Positions 18,205 to 27,133 of a stretch of DNA of 64,000 nucleotides are shown piece after piece. This DNA is from Verrucomicrobiales bacterium. GTDB lineage: Bacteria; Verrucomicrobiota; Verrucomicrobiia; Limisphaerales; UBA1100. The notes below the pieces were generated by a model, which worked only from the letters and a program-made list of their open reading frames with translations, was not told where the DNA came from and made no database searches. The position numbers were made by a program, and so were the translations under genes. The stretch lies in contig JAYOSV010000001.1 in assembly GCA_038139415.1 (NCBI GenBank), forward strand, positions 158,536 to 222,535. The letters run 5' to 3'. Within the stretch, counting starts at the first letter, position 1; the number at the start of each line of letters is the position of its first letter.

Positions 18205-21200
18205 GTGAAAATTCGGCTCAGAGGAATGTTCGAACTCATTGAATGGGGGTTCGAATCCATGGCCGACCGCTTCGGTATCCAGCGGCGCCACATCTTCTTT
18301 GGCGTCTTCGTGCTCTTTCTCATGACCCTTTGTACCTTATGGTACATCTATGAAAAAAACTGGGTGGTCGTCAGCACCCGCAAAGGCATTCGAAGCGAAC
18401 AACAAATGACCATCTCCCTCGATGGCGAAGAATCCGCCGTTCAGGAGATGAGTAACGACATCCGCAACAACATTCTCGACACCCCCATGGCCGCCGCCGC
18501 CTCCAGCTCTTCCATGGCGCAATCCGCGGCAAACCGAAACGCCCAGCGCAGCGATCCCCAAAACGCCTCCTCCGCTTCCCAGTCCGCTTCCGGAAGCGCC
18601 GCGTCCTCGGCAGCTCCCAGCTCTGCCGGGGCAGCCAGTAGCGCCTCCTTTACTCCCAGTGCCTCTCAGGCCAATGCGAGTGTCATGGCCGGCGAAGCTC
18701 GGTCAGAGACCAGCCAGACCATGAGCCAGGCCGCCGCGCAGCCCAATGCGCAATCGGCTTCCGGTCGCAATTCCGCCCGGAGCAATCCGCAGGCCGTAGC
18801 ACCGTCTTCTGCGAACGCCCAAGCCGCCGCCTCGGCGCCCAGTTCCGCCGGGGGCAGTGCCAGCCTTTCCCCTTCGACCGCCCAAGCCAATGCCTCGGTG
18901 CAAACCAGCGGTGCGCAGGCGGTCTCCAGCCAAAGCATGAGCGCGGCCAACGCCCGGCCCAATGCCGCTTCAGCGGCCAACAGCAGTGCCGTGCGCAGTA
19001 CCCCGCAAACCTCCAATTCCCAGTCCGCCTCGGCGACCAGCAACGCGAACCCTTCGGCGGCCGTGCAAGCTGCGGGCAACACCGGTTCACTCTCACCCGC
19101 CTCCGCCTCGCAAGCCGCCACGGCATCCGTACAGGCCACCGAAGCACAGGCGCAGGCTAGCCAAACTATGGCGCAGGCCACCTCGGAATCCGCTTCGCAG
19201 GCGGTCTCTGGGCGTAACTCGGCCCGCAGCACCCCGCAGTCTGCGGCGGCCTCACAATCGGCGGCTTCGGCTCAAAGCACGGCCGCTTCCCAGAGTGCGT
19301 CGACATTGGCGGCTAGCAGCACCGCATCGTTCGCACCCTCGGCCTCCAGTGCACAAGCCACAGCCGCGGGAGTGCAGAGCAACAGTGCCCAGGCAGTCAG
19401 TGGCCAATCCATGGCTTCAGCGACTTCGCAATCCATGGCTCAGGCGGCCTCCGGGACGAGTAGTACTTCGCGCAATGGACCGACCTCCAGTTCCTCAGCT
19501 CAAGGCAGTTCGGCCTCCGCCACGAGTTCGGCTTCAGCGGTATCCGGGACGAGCGGTTCCAGTGCCTCGCTGGCGCCTTCGGCTTCCGGCAGCCGCCGGG
19601 CTGCGACAACAGGTGTGCAAAGCGCCAGTGCCCAAGCCGTGGCCAGTGGGGCGTTGTCCGGAGCATCCTCGCAGTCGTTGGCACAGGCGGCAGTCGGAGC
19701 GCGGGGTTCGGCAAGAAACAGCCCTAACGGCGCCACTTCCTCCCAGTCAGGCAGTGGTTCGGCACAGGGATCGAGCAGTTCGGCTTCGGTGGCAGGGACC
19801 AGCGGTTCGGGCAGTGGTAGTTCATTTTCGCCGACCGGTTCCGGGGCGAGTGCTTCGGTATCCGGAGTGCAAAGCAGCGGCGCACGATCCGAAGCGGGCC
19901 GAAGCATGACCGGCGCCTCCACCGGTTCCATGGCGCAGGCGGCCAATGGTTCGCAGGGGACGGCCCGCAATGCGCCTTCGGGTGGCAGCGGGCAATCGGG
20001 AAGCTCGGCAAAGGGTAACTATGCGTCTGGCGCGGTGGCGGGCACGAACGGGGCGCGGGGCTCTTCATTTTCTCCTACGGTGCATGGTCGGGGTTCATCG
20101 GGCGCAGGCATGATGAGCACGGGCGCACGGGCGGTTGCCGGTCGCAACATGGCCGGAGTTTCGATTGGCAGTTCTCAAGCTTCCAGCGGCGCCAGTGGAC
20201 CGGCCCGAACGGGGCCTTCCGGAGGGGCAGGGCAAGGTCGCTACACGGCTCGGGCAGTGAGTGCGCGGTCGATGGTCACGGGCACGGGAATGGCCGGACC
20301 CAGTCGGCCAACGTATACTGCTTTCCGGGCCTCCTCGCCATCAGTTCGGAATAGCGTGACCGGTACGGCTTCCTACACGCCTCCTTCCCCGGCAGCGCCG
20401 ACGACGCCTTCACGCTCGCGACTGGGCAGCACGACCCCCAATCTTTCCAATCAAGTCATGACGCAAGCCGATTCATCGGCCATGATGTCGCGTCCGGTGG
20501 GAATGCGTGGGCTGCGTTCACGGCCACGGGCTTATGCTGAACGGCCGGAAGAACCGTCCCTTACCGCACGGCCGATTCAAATGGCTTCCGCCAGCCAGTC
20601 GCCGCGCGCGAGCAGCCGTTTGGCGCCCTCCATTAATCGTAGCGTGGAACCGCGTGTGCCTTCGGTGCGCGATGTGCCATCGACTTCACCCACCCAACCG
20701 TTGGTGCAGGTGACCCCGCCGCCTTCGCCGGAACGGTTGGTGCAACCGCCCGTGCGGCCGCAGCCTCAGATCCAAACGGCCACCAATCCTTTATTAGCCG
20801 AAACTCAACCGGAGACTGCTGAAGCCGAGGAAAACCAGACGCCGCTGGAGGTGTTTCGGACACGCGGATTTGAGGCCACGGCGGAGGGCAAGGGCGATGA
20901 TTACGTGTTCATTATCGACAAATCCAAGAGCATGAAAGACGACCGTCGTCTGATCGCTGCTAAGGAGGCCTTGGCCCGGACTTTGGAGAAGCTCGAGCCG
21001 AACAAGCGGTTTTATATTTTCTTTTTTAGTGACGACACGATAGGAATAAAGGAAGGCCGTTTACTGAAGGCGACGCCGGCCAATGTAGAATACACTCAAC
21101 GCTGGGTGGGCCGCATGTCGCCTAAAGGCTTCACCAATCCGCGTGATGCCCTATCAGAGGCCTTTGGGAAGTTGAAGCCTTCGACGATCTGGTTGTTGTC

Positions 21201-21426
21201 GGACGGAAAATTTTCGCAGTTCAAACGCGTGAAACGCGGCAACCGCACGCAGGTGGTCGGCCTGCCGCCGGTTTATAAGGTTATTCAGAAGTTGAACCCT
21301 ACAGGCGCGGTTCGAGTTAACACCATCGGGTTTGCTGATAGCGAACAGGATGTGGATGATTCCCTGAAGGCCATCGCGAAGGAAAATGACGGCACCTACC
21401 GTTTCATTAAATCCAATGAACGGTAG
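18205..21426 (+). CDS. Single-pass membrane protein with Ser/Ala-rich repeats, Pro/Arg-rich linker and C-terminal vWA domain
   Basis: TM segment IFFGVFVLFLMTLCTLWYIY; vWA MIDAS elements YVFIIDKSKSM, GFTNP and WLLSDG, plus VNTIGF. Confidence 0.85.
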   Translation: MKIRLRGMFELIEWGFESMADRFGIQRRHIFFGVFVLFLMTLCTLWYIYEKNWVVVSTRKGIRSEQQMTISLDGEESAVQEMSNDIRNNILDTPMAAAASSSSMAQSAANRNAQRSDPQNASSASQSASGSAASSAAPSSAGAASSASFTPSASQANASVMAGEARSETSQTMSQAAAQPNAQSASGRNSARSNPQAVAPSSANAQAAASAPSSAGGSASLSPSTAQANASVQTSGAQAVSSQSMSAANARPNAASAANSSAVRSTPQTSNSQSASATSNANPSAAVQAAGNTGSLSPASASQAATASVQATEAQAQASQTMAQATSESASQAVSGRNSARSTPQSAAASQSAASAQSTAASQSASTLAASSTASFAPSASSAQATAAGVQSNSAQAVSGQSMASATSQSMAQAASGTSSTSRNGPTSSSSAQGSSASATSSASAVSGTSGSSASLAPSASGSRRAATTGVQSASAQAVASGALSGASSQSLAQAAVGARGSARNSPNGATSSQSGSGSAQGSSSSASVAGTSGSGSGSSFSPTGSGASASVSGVQSSGARSEAGRSMTGASTGSMAQAANGSQGTARNAPSGGSGQSGSSAKGNYASGAVAGTNGARGSSFSPTVHGRGSSGAGMMSTGARAVAGRNMAGVSIGSSQASSGASGPARTGPSGGAGQGRYTARAVSARSMVTGTGMAGPSRPTYTAFRASSPSVRNSVTGTASYTPPSPAAPTTPSRSRLGSTTPNLSNQVMTQADSSAMMSRPVGMRGLRSRPRAYAERPEEPSLTARPIQMASASQSPRASSRLAPSINRSVEPRVPSVRDVPSTSPTQPLVQVTPPPSPERLVQPPVRPQPQIQTATNPLLAETQPETAEAEENQTPLEVFRTRGFEATAEGKGDDYVFIIDKSKSMKDDRRLIAAKEALARTLEKLEPNKRFYIFFFSDDTIGIKEGRLLKATPANVEYTQRWVGRMSPKGFTNPRDALSEAFGKLKPSTIWLLSDGKFSQFKRVKRGNRTQVVGLPPVYKVIQKLNPTGAVRVNTIGFADSEQDVDDSLKAIAKENDGTYRFIKSNER
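18487..20300 (+). repeat. Eight degenerate 72-84 aa Ser/Ala/Gly/Gln repeats within the vWA protein
   Basis: Units start at 18487, 18721, 18937, 19168, 19411, 19654, 19906 and 20149. Recurring AR(S/N)xP, S(F/L)(S/A/T)P and VQ..AQAV..QSM motifs. Confidence 0.8.
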
Positions 21427-21468
21427 CCCAAGCTTGCCTACAGGGCGCCCCTGCCAGACAATGTTCAG

Positions 21469-22551
21469 ATGATCCGTTTGGCATTGCTCGTATTCGTTTC
21501 GTTCCTTATTCCCTTTTCACAAGCCGCCGAAGGCGGGTTCAAGCCGCTGTTTAACGGTAAAAACTTTGATGGTTGGCATAATGTGAATTGCGGGCCCAAG
21601 ACTTGGACGGTAAAGGATGGGATGATTCATTGTACCGGCAAACCGATTGGGGAATTGCGAACCATACGGATGTATGAGAATTTCATTCTCGAAGTGGAAT
21701 GGCGGCATCTTAAGCCCCGTGGGAATGCGGGTATCTTTGTTTGGGCTGATGCTTATCCGGCGAAGGGGCAGCCGTTCCATCGTGGTGTGGAGGTGCAGGT
21801 GCTGGAGAATGCCTATGGGAATACGCGCCGTTACACGACACATGGCGATATTTTTCCGATACACGGCGCGCGTATGACGCCTTTCAATGGCCGTGGGGGG
21901 GCTCGAGCTTTTCCCACGGAGAACCGCAGTAAGCCATCGCCAGAATGGAATCATTATCGCGTGGTGTGCAACAACGGCGATATCAGCTTGGCGGTCAATG
22001 GCAAGGTGGTGACGCAGGGCAAGGCGTCGTGGCCGCGCAAGGGCTACATCTGTCTGGAATCGGAGGGGTCCCCGGTGCAGTTCCGGAATTTGAAACTCAA
22101 GGAACTGCCATCCACCGGAGCGAAAGCCGAAGAGACGGCGCACGCCTTTGATGGGTTTCGGAGTCTGTATACTGGAGTGGATCTGACTGGTTGGGAGGGG
22201 GAAGGCTGGCAGTCAAATGACTGGCGTTTGAATGGAGCGAAAGCGGAAGCACGGCTGGAGTGCCGGGAGAAATTCGCCAGCTACAGTTTTTTTGCTGACT
22301 GGCGCAGTAAAGAAAAAGCCCTGCCGTTTAATCTACCCAACGTGAGGGAATTGGGCGCATTGGATCATCAGGTGGGTAAATGGAACCGCATCCAGGTCAC
22401 GCGTGTGCTGGGCAGTACCACGGTGGAAATCAACGGAAAATCTGTGCTCTTGGAGATGGGGCGTGAGGATGGCCCTCTGAAATCAGCGGTTTTGGAATTA
22501 TTGCCCGGCGCGGAGTTCGCCAACATTTTCGTAAAAGAGTTGAGTCCATAA
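21469..22551 (+). CDS. DUF1080 (3-keto-disaccharide hydrolase-like) exported protein with a second, degenerate DUF1080 domain
   Basis: LFNGKNFDGW, NAGIF, EVQV, EWN.Y, GYICLESE and FRNLKLKEL motifs; second copy SLYTGVDLTGW...KWNRI...FANIFVKEL. Confidence 0.88.
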   Translation: MIRLALLVFVSFLIPFSQAAEGGFKPLFNGKNFDGWHNVNCGPKTWTVKDGMIHCTGKPIGELRTIRMYENFILEVEWRHLKPRGNAGIFVWADAYPAKGQPFHRGVEVQVLENAYGNTRRYTTHGDIFPIHGARMTPFNGRGGARAFPTENRSKPSPEWNHYRVVCNNGDISLAVNGKVVTQGKASWPRKGYICLESEGSPVQFRNLKLKELPSTGAKAEETAHAFDGFRSLYTGVDLTGWEGEGWQSNDWRLNGAKAEARLECREKFASYSFFADWRSKEKALPFNLPNVRELGALDHQVGKWNRIQVTRVLGSTTVEINGKSVLLEMGREDGPLKSAVLELLPGAEFANIFVKELSP

Positions 22552-22572
22552 AAAATCGGCCCTGTGGGGCCG
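22551..22572 (-). terminator. Intrinsic terminator-like hairpin
   Basis: Minus strand reads CGGCCC-CACA-GGGCCG followed by ATTTTTT, between convergent genes. Confidence 0.55.
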
Positions 22573-22608
22573 CCTTGAAAAGAGGGGGTGAACTTGCTTT
22601 TTCTTTAC

Positions 22609-22767
22609 CACACTTACCTTGTCTTCCGTGGGGACTTTTCCGGGGGGCTTCGTGGTTGCCTTGCATGTGGCCAATCACAAACAGAGCGGCTACGAGGAAC
22701 CGAGTTATAATCTTTATGCGTGCAACCAATGTAGGTGTAGGAACGGGCTGCCAAGGCTGAACTGCGG
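22609..22767. ncRNA. Possible structured non-coding RNA (family unknown)
   Basis: Nested inverted repeats TGGTTGC/GCAACCA, GCAT/ATGC and CCACACTTAC/GTAGGTGTAGG in a 215-nt gap between convergent genes. Confidence 0.3.
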
Positions 22768-25071
22768 CTACTTTTGCGCGCGGGCCGTGGCGCGATCGGG
22801 CAGGGCCAGCAAGCGCGTGGATTCTTCCAACAGGAACTTGGGTGCCATGAACGGTTCGTGGCTGATCTCCTGCCAGCGGATTTTCCCGGTCTGATCGATC
22901 AAGAATGTGCCGTGAAGCGGCGTTTGCTCGAAATCATCGTAGGCACGGTATTTGCGAAAGGTATCCAGCGTGGGATCGCTCAGCAGCGGGAAATTAAAAT
23001 GCCGGTCCTTGGCATCATAACCGATGAATGTGTCGCGCAATCCCTGCGCGGTGTCGGTACTGACGGCCAACAGGGTGATGCCTTTTTTCTCAAATTCGGC
23101 GGCTAAAGGATCAAAGGCATTCAGCTGCTCCATGCAATGCGTGCAGCCTTTTCCAAGGTAAAAAATCAACACCACCGGCTGGCCACGATATTGATCGAGT
23201 GCGAAGGGCTTACCATTCCGGTCTGTCAACGAAAAGGCCGGGGCTGCGAAAGGTTCCCAGCGAAAGGGGCCTAAGTCATCTAATTCCGGTCGCAGGCCCA
23301 TGTCTTGGGCCTCGGCCTGCGTCTGTCTCCAATCGGCCGGAAGCTTGAGGGATTCGGCCAAAGGCGCAAGTCGGGCGAACCAAGCCACGTCCAGATCCAG
23401 CTCCGGAGCAATGCGGCGCAGGCGATCGAAGGCGGTTTTGGCTTCAGCCGGTTTATTGGATTCGTGCAAAATGTATGCCTGCGCGGCCAGTGGCCGAGCC
23501 TGTTCAGGAGCCGATTTCACCGCGCTGGCGGCGAGCTTAATGGCCTCCTCGGTGTTGCCCATTCGGAGTTGGAGGAGGGCTTTACGTTCACTGCGCAGGT
23601 CGCGGACTTTGGCGTATTCAGCCTTAGCCTTTTCAAAGTCGTCTGCTTGCAGGGCCAGATACATGCGGGCTTCGGCCAGACCGCGTTCGAGGGTGCTGAT
23701 GGCGGTGGAGAAGGGGCGCTCGGCATCGGTCTTGGCTTTCTTGATGTCAGCGGGTTTTTTCTTTTCCTTATTCGCCTTGGCTTCGGCTTCCGTGCCGGCC
23801 TTGGTTTTGCCTTCGCGTTGGGTGGTTAGAAGCGACTCCATTTCAGTGAGCAACGGTTGGGCTTGTGCGGCTTCACGGGTATTGATCTGGGCTACGGCGA
23901 CAAGCCGCAGGTATTTGGCGCGATCGGCAGCACTGCTGCCGGGGCGCAGGTAATGGGTGTCCTTCAGCGCGAGAACGGTTTCCCACAATTCGTAGTTGGT
24001 AAGTAGGCCGTACAGATGGCGACGGCCGTAGTTGTGGCTACTGCGGGAGGGAACGCTCCAGGTGCCGTCGTCCTTCACATTGGGCAGCCGGGGCAGCTCA
24101 ATCATGTTTTTGGCCATGGCCAGAGCGCGCTCCACCCGCCCGGCGTGACTGAGATTGCGAGTGAGCCATTCGTTGTTGTGGGCAAAATTATGGATGCGAT
24201 CGGGCATCACACGGTCGCGCATCATGTGGGCGTGATCCACACGCGCGCTGGCTTCCTGTTGCCAAGCGGCGTCATGGTAGCGTTTGAGGCGGGAAAGAAT
24301 ATGGCCGGGCATATGCCACATGTGGGCGATGCCGGGCGCGGCCTGGCCGCATTGGTCGACCGATGGAAGGGCCCGCTTGGCATCTTTGTAGTCCCATAAA
24401 TGGATGCGGTAATGATGGCAGGGATGATTCGGGTTCTTGGCGAGGATGGAGGTGATGCGTTTCTCGATGTCATCGTAATTCTTCTTGGCCCTTACATCGC
24501 CGTAGAGCGCGAGTACATGAAAGGCCTGAGCTTCGATATCATTGGGGAATTTCTCGGCAAGGGCTTGATAAGCCTTGATGCGCGCGGCTTTCCGTTTTTT
24601 GGAGTCCGATTCCTTCAGGTAGGCGGCCATGGTATCGATCCAGAGCCGTTCGCGATTACTAACCTGGTCGCGGCCTTCCACGGCTTTTTCGATCAGCGGT
24701 TGGGCGCGGGTACGGTTGTTGGCATTTGCCATCGCCATGCCCCAATAAGCCATGGGATGGCCGGGATGAATCTTGAGAACTTGACGAAAGGAGCGTTCGG
24801 CCTCGAGATACCAGAATCCATGCAGCTGACCAACGCCTTGATTGAAGAACGCCTGCGCCACGGTGGATCCAGTGGTAATGGGGAAGGAGACGTTGCTGGT
24901 GGTGCCCATTAGATAGGCGGCTTGCCGCGGGCCTTTATTGAAGGCTTCACCATGGTTGGAATGCCCCGGTGGCGGTCCGGAGGGATCGTATTCGTAAACG
25001 GATTTTTCCGTGGTGGTGCAGCCCCAGCCTATTAGAAGGGTGGCGAGGATTAGATAGTTTAGCTGAGTCAT
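22768..25071 (-). CDS. Lipoprotein with His-rich TPR-like region fused to a C-terminal AhpC/TSA redoxin domain
   Basis: Lipobox-like IGWGC; AQAFFNQG...EAERSF; HMWHMPGH; C-terminal APAFSL...FYLGKGCTHC...TFLID..GKIRW. Start placed at 25071. Confidence 0.8.
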   Translation of the reverse strand: MTQLNYLILATLLIGWGCTTTEKSVYEYDPSGPPPGHSNHGEAFNKGPRQAAYLMGTTSNVSFPITTGSTVAQAFFNQGVGQLHGFWYLEAERSFRQVLKIHPGHPMAYWGMAMANANNRTRAQPLIEKAVEGRDQVSNRERLWIDTMAAYLKESDSKKRKAARIKAYQALAEKFPNDIEAQAFHVLALYGDVRAKKNYDDIEKRITSILAKNPNHPCHHYRIHLWDYKDAKRALPSVDQCGQAAPGIAHMWHMPGHILSRLKRYHDAAWQQEASARVDHAHMMRDRVMPDRIHNFAHNNEWLTRNLSHAGRVERALAMAKNMIELPRLPNVKDDGTWSVPSRSSHNYGRRHLYGLLTNYELWETVLALKDTHYLRPGSSAADRAKYLRLVAVAQINTREAAQAQPLLTEMESLLTTQREGKTKAGTEAEAKANKEKKKPADIKKAKTDAERPFSTAISTLERGLAEARMYLALQADDFEKAKAEYAKVRDLRSERKALLQLRMGNTEEAIKLAASAVKSAPEQARPLAAQAYILHESNKPAEAKTAFDRLRRIAPELDLDVAWFARLAPLAESLKLPADWRQTQAEAQDMGLRPELDDLGPFRWEPFAAPAFSLTDRNGKPFALDQYRGQPVVLIFYLGKGCTHCMEQLNAFDPLAAEFEKKGITLLAVSTDTAQGLRDTFIGYDAKDRHFNFPLLSDPTLDTFRKYRAYDDFEQTPLHGTFLIDQTGKIRWQEISHEPFMAPKFLLEESTRLLALPDRATARAQK

Positions 25072-25075
25072 GACT

Positions 25076-26146
25076 CTATTGGAGCCCGGCAGTTTCATCA
25101 AAACCGCAGAGCAGGTTGAGGGCTTGGACGGCTTGGCCGCTGGCGCCCTTCACGAGGTTGTCAATGGCGCTTGTCATAATCAATCGGCCGGTGCGGCGGT
25201 CGAGTCGCCAAGCGAGGTCGAGACAGTTGGTTTGAGTAACGTTCTTGGTGTCCGGCAAAACGCCATCGGGCAGCAGTCGAACGAAGGGTTCCTGAGCATA
25301 CGCTTCGGCGAGGCAGTTCGTGAGGCGCTGGGCCAGCGACTGTTCTTCCTCGGCCGTTTTGAAATTGCCTGTGGGCGCCAGATATTGCGTGGTGAGAATG
25401 CCGCGCGTAACGGGAATGAGGTGCGGGGAAAACTGGATGGTGACCGTTTCGCCCGCGGCCAAGGAGAGTTCCTGTTCGATCTCGGACAAGTGTCGATGTT
25501 TGGGGATGCCGTAGGGGCGGACGCTTTCGTTGCATTCGGCATACAAAAAAGGAACATCGGCTTTGCGACCGGCACCGCTCACGCCGCTGAGGCTGTTGGC
25601 GATGATACCGGTGGACTTGATCAGGCCGGCTTTCAACAGCGGTGCCGTGGGTAGGAGAATACTGGTGGGATAACAGCCAGGCGCGGCAATGAGCCGTGCG
25701 GACCGGATGGTGTCCCGATGTAATTCAGGCATGCCGTAAACCGCTTCGGTCAGGAGTGCCGGTGCGGGATGGGATTTGCCGTAGAATTCCTCGTACACGG
25801 CCGGATCGTTGAGCCGAAAGTCAGCGGAGAGATCAATCACCTTGGCCCCGGCATTCAGCAGAGCTTCCGCGTACTCGGCGGCGACCCCGTGAGGTAGAGC
25901 GAGAAAAACAATTTCGGCAACCGCCGCGAGCGCCGCGGGATCGGGTTCCGTGAACTGGAGTGTGTCCGCCACGCCTTGTCCGGCAAAGCGGGGGAAAATC
26001 TGCGAGAGAGTTTGGCCGACGTATTGGCGCGAGGTGACTGCAGCCAGTTCGGACTGCGGATGGTGCAGGAGTCGATGGACGAGTTCTTCGCCGGAGTAGC
26101 CCGAGGCCCCGACGATGGCGACCTTCACTGGAGATGCATCGCTCAT
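25076..26146 (-). CDS. argC: N-acetyl-gamma-glutamyl-phosphate reductase
   Basis: GASGYSG, LALPHG, DLSADFR, PGCYPT, SGVSGAG and DNLVKGASGQA motifs. Confidence 0.96.
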   Translation of the reverse strand: MSDASPVKVAIVGASGYSGEELVHRLLHHPQSELAAVTSRQYVGQTLSQIFPRFAGQGVADTLQFTEPDPAALAAVAEIVFLALPHGVAAEYAEALLNAGAKVIDLSADFRLNDPAVYEEFYGKSHPAPALLTEAVYGMPELHRDTIRSARLIAAPGCYPTSILLPTAPLLKAGLIKSTGIIANSLSGVSGAGRKADVPFLYAECNESVRPYGIPKHRHLSEIEQELSLAAGETVTIQFSPHLIPVTRGILTTQYLAPTGNFKTAEEEQSLAQRLTNCLAEAYAQEPFVRLLPDGVLPDTKNVTQTNCLDLAWRLDRRTGRLIMTSAIDNLVKGASGQAVQALNLLCGFDETAGLQ

Positions 26147-26190
26147 GTTTGGTTTGTTTTGCGTGTTTTTGAGTAGAATTGAAAGCAAAC

Positions 26191-26222
26191 AAAAAACCCC
26201 GCCGGCGAAACGGCGGGGTTTT
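26191..26222 (-). terminator. Intrinsic terminator after rpsI
   Basis: AAAACCCCGCCG-loop-CGGCGGGGTTTT, with a T6 tract on the minus strand. Confidence 0.85.
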
Positions 26223-26238
26223 GAAAGCTAGGGGTCGT

Positions 26239-26643
26239 TTAGCGTTTGCTGAACTGGAAGTTCTTGCGGGCGCCGGGTTGACCGGGTTTCTTCCGCTCAC
26301 GCACGCGGGAATCGCGGGTAAGGAGGCCCTCGGCCTTGAGGGTGGGGCGCAGTTCGGCGTCGTGCAGAAGCAGGGCGCGGGCGATGCCTAAGCGGATGGC
26401 TTCGGCTTGGCCGGCAGTGCCGCCTCCTTGCACATTGACGCGCACGTCAAACTTCTCGGAATTCTCGGTGGTCTGAAACGGTTCGTTGATGATCATGCGG
26501 TGTTCGTCGATCGGGAAATAGGTTTCCACGTTGCGATGATTCACCGTGATCTTGCCCGAACCGGGCTTGATGCGTACGCGGGCTGTGGCGCTCTTGCGCC
26601 GTCCAGTTCCGAGGAGTTCGCCAGTTTTTTCGTCGACAGCCAT
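26239..26643 (-). CDS. rpsI: 30S ribosomal protein S9
   Basis: [21 protein letters not shown] and QFSKR motifs. Confidence 0.98.
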   Translation of the reverse strand: MAVDEKTGELLGTGRRKSATARVRIKPGSGKITVNHRNVETYFPIDEHRMIINEPFQTTENSEKFDVRVNVQGGGTAGQAEAIRLGIARALLLHDAELRPTLKAEGLLTRDSRVRERKKPGQPGARKNFQFSKR

Positions 26644-26644
26644 C

Positions 26645-27109
26645 TTAATTCAAAGTCAGGGGTTCGGGTTTTTGAACAGCGTGCGGGTGCTCGCTGCCGG
26701 CATATACTTTGAGCTTGGTGAGCAGGGAGGCACCCAGTTTGTTTTTGGGCAACATGCCTTTGACCGCGCTGAGAATGAGGCGATCGGGGTGTCGCTCGCG
26801 CATCTCGGCCAGCGGAATCCGCTTCAGACCGCCGCGAAAACCGCTGTAGCGTTGGTATTCCTTGTCGGTTTCCTTGTTGCCGGTCACGCGCACTTTATCG
26901 GCATTGATCACGATCACGAAATCGCCGGTGTCCAAGTGCGGGGTGAATGTGGCTTTGTCGCGGCCGCGCAGGACGTCGGCGATCTTCACCGCTAGGCGGC
27001 CCAGTACGAGCCCTTCGGCATCCACAATGCGCCAACCGCGAGGGTCGGTCGCGCCAGATTCGGGCTGACCAAGCTTCTTCAGGTCAATTTTCGGCAAAAA
27101 AGTCTTCAT
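26645..27109 (-). CDS. rplM: 50S ribosomal protein L13
   Basis: W.IVDA...[14 protein letters not shown] and AVKGMLPKN motifs. Confidence 0.98.
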   Translation of the reverse strand: MKTFLPKIDLKKLGQPESGATDPRGWRIVDAEGLVLGRLAVKIADVLRGRDKATFTPHLDTGDFVIVINADKVRVTGNKETDKEYQRYSGFRGGLKRIPLAEMRERHPDRLILSAVKGMLPKNKLGASLLTKLKVYAGSEHPHAVQKPEPLTLN

Positions 27110-27133
27110 ACCTTCTCTTTCAAGGGGGCGGAG

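Noticed and set aside
18962..19909. 315-aa Arg/Pro-rich alternative-frame ORF, and the idea that this region is a CRISPR or DNA tandem array
   Set aside because: It is a by-product of Ser/Ala codons. The repeats are conserved only at protein level, with no identical DNA repeats, spacers or cas genes.
22619..22894. Cys-rich 91-aa ORF (CNQCRC)
   Set aside because: Weak start, overlaps the convergent redoxin gene by more than 120 nt, and shows no family resemblance.
6489..25075. Prophage or integrative element as the source of the accessory block
   Set aside because: No integrase, transposase, phage gene, tRNA target or att-like direct repeat was seen, and GC is similar to the flanks.
26147..26238. 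Arg triplet (PFRRRGF) upstream of argC as a second Arg leader
   Set aside because: It is simply the translation of the GC-rich terminator stem, with no nearby start codon defining a short ORF.
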